64,000 nucleotides of DNA from Octopus sinensis (lineage: Eukaryota), in the NCBI RefSeq assembly GCF_006345805.1, contig NC_043006.1, positions 98,704,001 through 98,768,000 on the forward strand, written 5' to 3'. The position numbers were made by a program, and so were the translations under genes. Of the stretch, positions 1-10,575 are shown piece by piece. The notes beneath the pieces were generated by a model. That model saw only the letters and a list, made by a program, of their open reading frames with translations. It was not told the DNA's origin and searched no databases. Position 1 is the first letter of the stretch, and the number at the start of each line of letters is the position of its first letter.

Positions 1-1065
1 CGTGTGCTTATAGTATATATCTATTTCTATTTCATTGTTAGATTTCTCAATGAGGATGTCGAGGAAAGGAAGTTGTTGATGGCTATATCTCATCGTGAAT
101 TGTATGTTTACGTCAAGTCCATTTATAAGTGCTTGAAATTCTTCAAGTCTTTCTATACTTTCATACCAAAGAATGAAACAAAATGAAGCAGTCGTCTAGG
201 TATCTCTTCCAGTTTTTTCTATGTAGAGGGAGAATGGGTGGCCGTATTTTTTAGCACCTTGCAATAAAGACCGATTTCTAGATATGCCACGAGGTGGTTA
301 GCAAAGGCGGGCCCATTCTGGTACCCATCGAAGGCTTTCAAGACAGTAGTTATTCTCCAAGATAACTTTTAGCCCTTCTATCACGAATTCTTTTTTGATG
401 CGATGTGGGAGTTCGTTGGAGCAATTCTCTAGCCAGAATTAAAATGCCTCTATTCCTCGGATGTAGGTAATATTAGATTAAAGGTTGACTACATCGAAGT
501 ATACTAGTAGGGTATTTTTGTTTATTGATTTAGGGAGGTGATTTAGCATGTCCAGATAGTCCATTATGTAGCTTTTGATATGCTTTTAATGGTTTTAAGA
601 GGGTATCCAAAACGTTACTAAGGCGGTGGGTTTCGCATGCGGAACCTGCTAAGTCTTAATCTGAAGACATTATGAGTAGGAACCTTGATTATTATGTCTG
701 TGGCTATCCTGAATGCGTTACATACTTTCTCATTTTTGTGTGTCTTAGGAATACCATAGAATTCACTGGATTTACTTTCGAAATTGGTCAAATAATCGCA
801 TTCCTTTTCGGAGAGCCCTTCTCTGATTAGGTTTAACGTGAATTTTAGGTTTCTCATTAGTGTTGGAGCTTTTCATAATATGTTGTATCTTCTAATATGG
901 AAAGTGCTAGAGATTTACAGTATACCGTGTCCATTAAGGCAGCTGCACACCCTTTATCAGCCTCTTTGATTGTTATTATTTTATCATCTTTTAATTCATT
1001 CAGCTAAGCCCATCCTTTTTGGCTGAAGTTTGGCTTGTATTTTTATTCTCAGCCTTGGATATCAG
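1..1065 (-). mobile_element. Degraded Penelope-like element (PLE) reverse transcriptase, running off the window start
   Basis: Minus-strand translation gives PLE RT motifs in the correct order: LNELKDDKIITIKEADKG (~950-1030), FYGIPKTHK (ORF 618..857), DYLDMLNHLP...LLVYFDVVNL, ILENN, MGTRMGP, catalytic WKRYLDDCFI (182-211) and QFTM..S..QLPF/LDILI. Stops and frameshifts are present. Confidence 0.9.
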
Positions 1066-1375
1066 TTTTACCACTTTTCGTGCTCAATGCTAACACTGCC
1101 GATTCCGTGACTATGAATATTATACAAATTGTATCTTGTACTATATCGTCAAAATGATGTCTTGCTGAATACTGATAACGAATTTCCATCGAAAGAGAAG
1201 AGTGCATTCGATGAAATTTTCATTAGATGCAAAAGTAAAATGAGGAAAATATAGCGGACATAAGTTAAGCGTCCGGCTGAAGAATAATCATCGAATGAAT
1301 TATGTATTCTATGTAACGTTATTAGTTAAAATTCTCTTGGAAAAAGGTATTCAATAAAATATATTTATATACATA

Positions 1376-1788
1376 GGCGCAGGAGTGGCTGTGTGGTAAG
1401 TAGCTTGCTAACCAACCACATGGTTCCGGGTTCAGTCCCACTGCGTGGCATCTTGGGCAAGTGGCTTCTGCTATAGCCCCGGGCCGACCAATGCCTTGTG
1501 AGTGGATTTGGTAGACGGAAACTGAAAGAAGCCTGTCGTATATATGTATATATATAAGTGTGTGTGAATATGTTTGTGTGTCTGTGTTTGTTCCCCTAGC
1601 ATTGCTTGACAACCGATGCTGGTGTGTTTACGTCCCCATTACTTAGCGGTTCGGCAAAAAGAGACCGATAGAATAAGTACTGGGCTTACAAAGAATAAGT
1701 CCCGGGGTCGATTTGCTCGACTAAAGGTGGTGCTCCAGCATGGCCGCAGTCAAATGACTGAAACAAGTAAAAAAGAGTAAAAAGAGTA
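1376..1788 (+). mobile_element. tRNA-derived SINE, family A (near full length)
   Basis: Head ggcgcaggagtggctgtgtgg with A-box-like TGGCTGTGTGG and B-box-like GGTTCAGTCCC, an internal (TA)n(TG)n tract, and tail ...cagtcaaatgactgaaacaagtaaaa(a)gag repeats. At least 9 similar copies in the window. Confidence 0.92.
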
Positions 1789-1823
1789 TATATGGAGGCT
1801 GGAAGATATGTATGTATGTATGC

Positions 1824-1862
<39 letters not shown>

Positions 1863-3909
1863 TGATTATGTGCGTGCATATAATCTATACAATGCCGAGA
1901 AGCGACTGAAATTACGGGTCAGCACTGGTTATTCAACTACGTAACACAATACTTTACTGCATGTCATGCTGTCATACACTTCACAGCAGATAAATAACAT
2001 CGACAAAGGATAAACATACAAAACACCCAACTACCTGAAATCAAAGGAATATATCGTTTATATGTTACCCATTTTCCTAACGCGCTAAATTGAATCGTTG
2101 TTTTATTTCGTAGAAACGAGTAGGAAACGTCTTTACGTTTGTCTCATCTAATAACTTGAGGTAAAAATGCAGTACCTTAGTGGTTATATTTAGTCTGCTT
2201 CACTTTTGTAGCTGCCTTGTGTTCAATCTGACAATAAACTTTCTCACACATTATGCAGGCTTATAGTATCCATTTATTAACCGTTAGACACAAAGATTCA
2301 AGTACTTCTTCAAATATACTTGTAGATACAACTTATGGTAACTTCATGAGTTCGTGTAACAACCCACACGTACCACAAGCCTTTCTTTTAATCCAAGATG
2401 ATCTTGAGGCAGAATGACATATTGAAGTGATATGAGGGTCATAAAGTATGCAAGAAAGTTTTGTTTTCAGAGCGATAAGTATTTCCTTTTGCGCTGCGCA
2501 AGAAGTCGTAAATTTACAGATGATCCTTTAAGAATATGGAAGAAAAAATAATAGACCCTACAGTTGAGAGCCTGGGTGATAAGAAAGGAAGACACTACGA
2601 AATGATGCTGCAATGTATACATATATTGGTTTATATGGCTATATACCTGAACCGAATACTTGCAATATATATCAACTTAACGTTGTTAGTAAAAGCAAAC
2701 GAATAGTATGTAAGACTGGTACACAGTAATGAGATTCTTCGAACTCACCGAAAACATAGTGAGGCTATAGGAAGTAACCCAAAATTGTCTTAATTCCAAA
2801 ATGAACACTATTGTCGTATCCATATTTTTGAAAATCGTTTGCTCCTAGCGAATTGATAGACGTAAAGTCTATTAGCAGTACTATAGCTTTACCAACACAT
2901 ACAACCCATTCCTTGCAAGGAATATCTTCACTTTTAGTTAACAATTATTCCCTTTCCACGTATTGTAATAAGAATTAATCGACCTTTTCACCCTCACCAA
3001 TGCGGGCATGCATACATACTTATCGTGTTAAACACAACATAATAAATCAACGCTTATATCAAAGTCGTATATAATAGTTGTGCATAAGTGCTGCTGGAGT
3101 GTATGTGTATTGGATAAAATATCTACAATGTTGACCTCCTCATTGATATAGCTTTCATAATATGAGAAAAAATATCAAAGAACATTGCGGAATAGTTGCA
3201 CCACTCTTTTAACTGAGTCGTAACATACTTTCACTGGTTATTCCTAATCCTCAAAAGCAACCCTTTGGAAACGTGATGAAAATCAGACAAACTTTTCTTT
3301 ACTCATAAAGTGTATTAATATAAAAAGGCTGCCAATTGCTACATCAAAGCAAATATGCTTCAGGGAAGATAATCAAGGAACGATAAGCATGAATTCCGAA
3401 GCCGAATGCTTACGAATGATATTATCGTGCCTTTAGCATGCGTAATGTACTGAGTTTCATTTTTACGAATGTTTTGATATTAACTCGTTATCTACCAATA
3501 CCCACTTCTCTCTATCTGTAGTTGCTGTTCTATCCTTGCTTCATTCACTTGGTCATTGTGACATATTTGCTTTAAGCCAAATTGTCGATTTGGATTATTA
3601 TACGTCCATGCAATGTTTGATATATAATTTTAAAACTTGAGATAGGAGGACAACATCATTTTCTAATAATATCTAAATCATCTCACGAATTGTCTTGATG
3701 GCCTTGCAAGCGTGTGGGTATCACCTGTCCGAGGGCGTTTACGGAATACCTATAAACTAGTTCATGACGCGGATGTGACACTTTACTGTTAAATCTACCA
3801 CAATAAAATAGCTAAGAAACTGCTAATTATATCGTATAAATTTAATAAACTGAATTTCGGATGCAATTTTCTCTATTGACAATTTATATCTGTCTTCTTA
3901 CCCCACCTA

Positions 3910-3930
3910 TCTCTCTCCCCCCCTCTCTCC

Positions 3931-4003
<73 letters not shown>
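3910..4003. repeat. (CT)n microsatellite
   Basis: Directly visible; source of the poly-LS ORF 3861..4052. Confidence 0.97.
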
Positions 4004-4006
<3 letters not shown>

Positions 4007-4159
4007 GCTAGCGCATTATATGCTACAGAACATACACACATCATCACCATAAGCACTGATGTAGCAACACAAATATAAAAAGAGCAAGCAAACTAATTTA
4101 CAAATTGTAACAAAATAACTATATAGTTGTATATCTTTGGAAAGAATGTTATATATATA

Positions 4160-4301
4160 GGCGCAGGAGTGGCTGTGTGGTAAGTTCCGGGTTCAGTCCC
4201 ACTGCGTGGCATCTTGGGCAAGTGTCTTCTGCTATAGCCCCGGGCCGACCTATGCCTTGTGAGTGGATTTGGTAGACGGAAACTGAAAGAAGCCTGTCGT
4301 A

Positions 4302-4361
<60 letters not shown>

Positions 4362-4607
4362 GTGTGTGTGTGTGTGTGTATGTGTTTGTGTGTCTGTGTT
4401 TGTCCCCCCACCATCGCTTGACAATCGATGCTGGTGTGTTTACGTCCCCGTGACTTAGCGGTTCGGCAAAAAGTGACCGATAGAATAAGTACTGGGCTTA
4501 CAAAGAATAAGTGCCGGGGTCGATTTGTTCGACTAAAGGTGGTGCTCCAGCATGGCCGCAGTCAAATGACTGAAACAAGTAAAAGAGTAAAAGAGTAAAA
4601 GAGTAAA
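4160..4607 (+). mobile_element. SINE family A copy with a 23-bp deletion in the tRNA-like head
   Basis: Aligns to 1376..1788 but lacks agcttgctaaccaaccacatggt; internal (TA)n(TG)n is expanded; (gtaaaaga)n tail. Confidence 0.92.
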
Positions 4608-6925
4608 GCGTATATATATCCATAGCATGTTGATCCAAATAATCGGTTTACATCACACAAAACTGCAGGTGGTAGAATAAGTTGTACATTTTGGTTAAAC
4701 GCATTTCACTCTTGTCTGTTAGTGTTTCTTTATATCTGTCTTCTAGTCACATGAGACAATGTTGAATTTCCGCATTACATTATTCTTAAAGATTCGATAA
4801 CTCTATATTGCGACCGCTCTATTTCAATATTGTCTCTTTGCATCTCGGCTTGCAAAAAGGGTAGGAACGCTTTTACTGTGATTAAATGTGTGTGGTTTCA
4901 GAATTCCGGCCTTGTTAATTGCCCTGGTATTTGACTTGCTTAATTTGTTATGGTATACATGGACTTATTTTGTTTTTGACCTAGTCACAGTCCCACGAAT
5001 TCTACAGTGAAACGGTTACATTTATGAACACATATAAAATATCTACTCTTAAAATGTTCAGCGAAAAAATGACAAGATAAGTATTAACTGTTACCATGGT
5101 TGTTGATTTTAATCCCAGATCAACGTTGATCAAACAAACATAAGACAAAACTTAATCCTCCAACGTCTTTCATATCTCTAGGCTAATATTGTCTGATGAA
5201 TAGTTGTATATTCTTTTTCGCGGTATAGTGGAAAATTACGGACGATTGGCGGCCAGGTCTAGCAGATCAAGCAACGACACTACGCTTCATTTTGAGTTAA
5301 TTTTAATGCAACTGTGAACTACATACAGACTGTAGTTATTCTTGCATTTTGTGCAACACAGAGAACAATAGTTTATATTAATTTACAATACGTGTTACTT
5401 TAGAGCCAGAGATTACTTGCTTTATTCTTTCGTAGTTCAATTCTATTATTTATGCGGCATGCATTTCATGCCTGGCTTGCAAAGATACATAAACCTAAAA
5501 CATAAGCGGCCGTCTGAGACACCATTGTTTCACGCTGATTTTTAAGCGTCAGCGAAGGTGATCGGAATGATTCATAGAAAATCTCAACCACATTATATTC
5601 CGCTCAGATCAACAAGTTTTACAAAATTGAAACAAGATTGAATAGCTCACTATGCAACGAGACATCAACATCCTAAATGTTTATGCTTAAACACAGAATC
5701 TTTTTCTATTTGAAGTTATCTAGTGCACAGTTCTACAGTTATCACAGAGTCATTTTAAAATTTATTTACACATTGTTAGTAAATTTAATGCGTGCTTCGA
5801 AGCAGAATTCATTCAGCATATTCACCGGTGTATAATAGTGAAATGATAGCTGAAATAACACTTTTCAGCATTCAGTTGTTCACGGAAATGCTTAGGCGAC
5901 AAAACTAATTTCTATGACCTACTGATATGAGAACGACACATTCTTACAGCGACAATTTTCTTGAATAAGTTTATTTTAGAACATTTTGTTATATAGTTTG
6001 CAATGAAATGTAGGCTTTAAATATTTTAGATAAGACGATTCAGATTTACGCCTTATCTAGGACGGACCAAAATATACCACTCACTTTCACTTATCATAAG
6101 ATTATGTAGTACTATTGACAGGAAAGAAATTTCCTTAACATTTTATACGATGACGACGTGATGAATTGAACCTTTAGTAAATTATATGGTGTTAGATATG
6201 TTCCGAGTGTGTAAGTAGAAAAAGGGCAAATAATGAATCGATATAAATGTCATGTGACTCCTTGTTCTTTAAACATATACCTGAATAAATGGTTATTTAC
6301 AGTATAGCTAATAAGCTGGTTTATAATTCTTTCATGACATGCAGTCTGTTCTCTCTCAAATGGATGTTGTCTTTCATTCATCCAATGTTATAATGTGTCA
6401 CTCATATACAAGGGTAGGCTGCACATAAAACACAAACTGGCATAAATTACTGGCACTGCGCCAATATAATATATTACAGAATATTATCAGCAATATGACA
6501 AGTCATTATAATTTGCGAGAATTCATTTTGTAATATCGAATTTCGTATCCCTGTTCTGCATGATGAAGTCATGTTTAGACGAAAAGCTTAATTCCATAGA
6601 TTGTACACGTTATACAGATACGGTACTCGACTTATCTAGTTTTAAGTATAACATTATTTACATATAATATTTCATGATAAACTTTGAACTTTCGTAGTGA
6701 TCCCGTTTGCATTTAAATTTTCAGCCGTAATTGGAATTTTAGTAGCAAGTGTGAATTGTATGTTCTTTTGTAAGTTCAAATTGTTCCTCTGTGTATGTGT
6801 GTGTGGGGGGGGGCGTGAATGTGTGTGTGTGTCTGCGTCTGTGCTTGTGTTGTTGTTGTTGAGCAACAAGAGGGGTAAGGGGGATTAGGTGATGGTCTAG
6901 GGCTTAGGGGCGGGAGACCCCATAC

Positions 6926-7054
6926 CTTGGGATAAAAAAACAACTTTGGTCGCCTTCTTGTAGTCGAGGGCTCTTCGTTGACGCCCGACACCACTGGGCG
7001 GTGGCCCTCAAAGTCGCTGGAAATGGAGATCTCCAGGTCCAAATTCTTGAACGG
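6926..7054 (-). CDS. Candidate 129-nt phase-0 coding exon, product unknown (PFKNLDLEISISSDFEGHRPVVSGVNEEPSTTRRRPKLFFYPK)
   Basis: GC/CpG-rich island in an AT-rich background. 43 open codons with 30/43 G or C at the third position. Ends at CAAG|GTATGG (donor GT at 6925-6924). The AG acceptor at 7056-7055 has a poor pyrimidine tract. No recognised homology. Confidence 0.33.
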
Positions 7055-7539
7055 CTAAGGTGCCTGTGCGTGTGTGTTCGTTCGTGTCCGTGTCTATCTG
7101 CCATAAATAGAACGCTAAGTAAAACGGGACGAATAAACATATATCAAATGGATTGAATTAAGTTTTTGGATTATGATTTCTGCACATACGAATGAGTGTA
7201 AATATATAATTACAATGTAAAATAATTATTGCGCATACATTTGTTTCAAATTTCAGATGAGACCCCAGCAATTTAGGGAACGGAGAAGTTGGTTACATTG
7301 GCGCCAACTGAATAAAGGATATCTACTCCAAAAGAATAAAAGATAAAACCAACTTCAACGAAATTTTAACTCAAAACTAAAAGATAACAGAATACAGGTA
7401 AGCATGTTGTCCGGCAAATAAAGGACGCCGTCAGCTCACCACCATAATTATTACAAAAGAATTAAATAGACATCACTGAATTAAGTCTCCATTGCCAGTA
7501 ATATTTTTATTAAAAGATTTATATTCCCTAAGCTACATA

Positions 7540-8585
7540 CGAAGGTCGGATGGAAAGTTCATAAGCTGGCAAAGATACTATTATGGAATGTAGCCAAACG
7601 AGATTTGATTTTCAACATAGTCCCCGTTGCGGTGCACACACTTTTCCTACCAGTGTTGCTGTGCTTGGATCCGGTTCAGCAAAATGCTTCATTGTGTAGG
7701 TCAAAAAATGTCACCAACAGCAGATTTGACGTCATCTTAACTGCGACACCCTTTCCATGCCAAGTGTTGTTTCATGCTGGGAAACATGATGCATTGGGCC
7801 AAACCAGGAGAATACGGAGAGTTCAAAGCCACAGCCACGTACAGCTACCTTTGAAGCCAAGGACGTGTGTGATTGAGTATTGTCCTTATGAAACAAAACT
7901 ACTCTCATCAGCTTTTTCCTGAGCGTTTAGTCTTGATAAATTGTTCCAAGTACCTCATTTGTTTGGCATAACACTCTCCATTAATGGTTTTGCCCTTTTC
8001 AAGATAGTCAACAGAAACATCATGCAGTTTGCATCCCAAATCACCCACGTCATCATCTCCCCTGCAAATGATACGACCTTCATCTTCTTTGAACCAGGTG
8101 AGGCGGTATATTTCAACTGCACAAATTTCTCTGGCTCAAAGGGATTAAGACAACACTCATTCTGGATTTAAAAAAAAGGTCAATGTAACCAGCTGGATCT
8201 GCCTCAACAAATGTGAGATACTCTCCATGATATGATGAGCCGGGTTGTCTCTTGATCAAGGGTCAAAAGATGTGGGGTCCTCCGGGCAGAAACCTTCGTC
8301 ACAGTAAGTTCATTTGGCTGAATATTCTCGACTCTCTCATGGGATATGCTAATAGCTTTTGCTATTTAAATTATAGTTAATAGCCCGTCATCCATCTGTA
8401 TGCGAGCACGATCAATGCTTTCATCGATGCTGACAGTTGTAAGATGTCCAGGACTTGGGACCTCTTCAAAACTAATTTAAGATGACAACCTTTCGAATAA
8501 TCTTGGAGGCTAAAGACTTCAGCAGATACTTGACAAAACCTGTCGCTTGGAAGGTGTCAAAAGGCAGGCCGACAGAATTCATGTC
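7540..8585 (-). mobile_element. Decayed mariner (Tc1/mariner) transposon
   Basis: Minus-strand remnants of the transposase: VKYLLK (N-terminus), ISISHERVENI, TKVSAR.(W)VPHLL-like, VDYLEKGKTINGECYAK, VLFHKDN, PYSPGLA and C-terminal EKCVHRNGDYVE. TA followed by TIR-like cgaaggtcggatggaaagttc at 7538-7560. The 5' end is cut off by the (ATT)n array. Confidence 0.88.
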
Positions 8586-8589
8586 TTTT

Positions 8590-8609
8590 TATTATTATTA
8601 TTATTATTA

Positions 8610-8669
<60 letters not shown>

Positions 8670-8674
8670 CATCA

Positions 8675-8762
<88 letters not shown>

Positions 8763-8764
8763 CA

Positions 8765-8847
<83 letters not shown>

Positions 8848-8895
8848 TATTATTATTATTATCATCATTATTATTATTATATTATTATTATTATA

Positions 8896-8931
<36 letters not shown>

Positions 8932-8966
8932 TACTATTATTATTATTATTATCATTATCATCGTGA

Positions 8967-9007
<41 letters not shown>

Positions 9008-9031
9008 ATTATTATTATTATTATTATTATT
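8590..9031. repeat. Long imperfect (ATT)n microsatellite (~440 bp)
   Basis: Directly visible; source of the poly-I/Y/L/N ORFs at 8482-9175. Confidence 0.97.
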
Positions 9032-9039
9032 TTTATATC

Positions 9040-9157
9040 CAGTGGCCAAATGTCTTACACTGTTACTTTTGTCTTCAACGATCGTATATAGTTTTCTTTC
9101 TTCAATATTGTGGGCAGACTTTATGAGGAAATCCCACAAGATACTGTAATTCGCCTG
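9040..9157 (-). mobile_element. Degraded R4/Dong-type LINE fragment (restriction-like endonuclease region)
   Basis: Translation ILWDFLIKSAHNIEERKLYTIVEDK parallels ILWDFPVHTDRTIKANKPDIVVKDQ of the LINE at 22123..22773. Confidence 0.55.
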
Positions 9158-9385
9158 CTTATGGTGCTGCCTCACTACTCCTGCTCGTGATGCACATATC
9201 GTCAGTCATCAAATGACATGTTCGTCAGGTTAACATGGAACAATTCAAAAGCACATTTATGGTACTGAACAGATTATCTGTTGTTGCACATCTTTTAAGC
9301 CAAGATAAATGACGTACATGATAACACATGCAATCAGCTAACATGAGAGGTTATGAGCGCTACTGCTTGGTATTGCAATATGGCA
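9158..9385 (-). mobile_element. Unclassified repeat family C, partial copy
   Basis: Aligns with 10115..10335 and 21000..21235 (ctcgtgat...gatgcacatatcgtcagtca...catcttt..ccaaga..gtacatgataacac...ctggtactgca). Confidence 0.7.
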
Positions 9386-9479
9386 TCATCATCATCACCA
9401 TCGTCGTCGTCGTTGTCGTCATCACCACCAGCACCACCACTACCACTGCTGTCATCATCATCATCATCATCATTGTTAA

Positions 9480-9605
9480 GGCGGCGAGCTGGCAGAAATG
9501 TTAGCACGCCGGGCGAAACGCTTAGCAGTATTTCGTCTGTCGCTACGTTCTGAGTTCAAATTTCGCCGAGGTCAACTTTACCTTTCAACTTTACCAGTTA
9601 CGCAC
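9480..9605 (+). mobile_element. tRNA-derived SINE, family B, 3'-truncated or internally deleted
   Basis: Head ggcggcgagctggcagaa...ttagcacgccgggcgaaa.gcttagc...gttctgagttcaaatt (B-box GAGTTCAAATT); matches the 52232 and 56727 heads. Confidence 0.88.
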
Positions 9606-9797
9606 AAAATATTTCACGTTGTTTTGTGTTCACGTTGATTTCATGCAAGAAATGAGCAAATATAAACACATATATTAGATCAATTTAAACAAAACATTTT
9701 TTTAATGAAAACTTAAATCTCATGCGTCGTTTTCGACCTCCACCAAATCTCAGGCCTTGCGCTTATAATATAAAGAATAATAATTATTATTTTTAAT

Positions 9798-10335
9798 TGA
9801 GAGAGCTGTGCAAACAATCAAGGTGACACTGGGTTAAAATATACCCATCATACACATTATGACTACCAGTCGCATAAGGTTACACCAGGCACATGCATTA
9901 CAACCATATATGCGCAACATGGTGATTTCATATCAAGATAAACAGCATATGACCTTGCAAGTGTGGACCAGTTAGAATTTTTTTCAGGTCGAGTTGCCCA
10001 TCCTGCTCATAATGTCCCTGAATAAGGGTTGTTTAAGTATGTTGAACGAAACACCCATGTTTCCAGAGATGAATTATTCAAACCTCAAAGAATTCCTCTC
10101 AAAATAAGGCTATGATGCTGCCCTACTATTTCCGCTCATGATCAGAGATGCACATATCGTCAGTCAGTAAGGGACATACACAACTAGTTAAGATGAAACA
10201 TTTGAGAAACAAATCTGTGGAATTTAGCAGAATATGTAGCCCATCTTTGTACGAAGAAAAATTATGTACATGATAACACTTCCAATCTGTTAAGATCACA
10301 AGCCATGAGAGCCAGTGCCTGGTACTGCATCAGTA
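9798..10335 (-). mobile_element. Unclassified repeat family C, near full length (~530 bp), flanked by (ATT/TAA)n
   Basis: Four copies in the window (9158, 9798, 20742, 54192). No ORF and no tRNA head. Strand is inferred from the 5'-truncated copy at 54192 and from (TAA)n polarity. Confidence 0.75.
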
Positions 10336-10366
10336 CATTATTATTATATTATTATTAGTAGTAGAA

Positions 10367-10575
10367 GGCGGCGAGGTGGCGGAAACGTTAGCATGCCGTG
10401 CGAAATGCTTAGCGGTATTTCGTCTGTATATACGTTCTGAGTTCAAATTCCACGGAGGTCGACTTTGCATTTCATCCCTTTGGAGTGGACAAAATAAGTA
10501 CCAGTTGCGTATTGAAGTCGATCTACTCGACTGGCTCACTCCCAAAAAGTTTCGGGCCGGGTGCCTAAGTTAGAA
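10367..10575 (+). mobile_element. SINE family B, tail type 2
   Basis: Family-B head and body (...gaggtcgactttgc.tttcatcc...aaataagtaccagtt...) followed by tail ...aaaaagtttcgggcc..gtgcct...agaaa, shared with 40355 and 21438. Confidence 0.85.

Noticed and set aside
1376-1450. tRNA-like sequences at the SINE heads
   Set aside because: They have A/B boxes but no complete cloverleaf or acceptor stem; SINE heads, not tRNA genes.
1322-1612. Recurrent ORFs such as ...SVSVYQIHSQGIGRPGAIAEDTCPRCHAVGLNPEPCGW...
   Set aside because: Antisense read-through of SINE-A copies; the recurrence reflects the repeat, not a protein family.
8482-9006. 174-aa ORF and the many other poly-I/Y/N/L/IY/HT/VC ORFs
   Set aside because: They are translations of (ATT)n, (TA)n, (CA)n and (TACA)n microsatellites, not genes.
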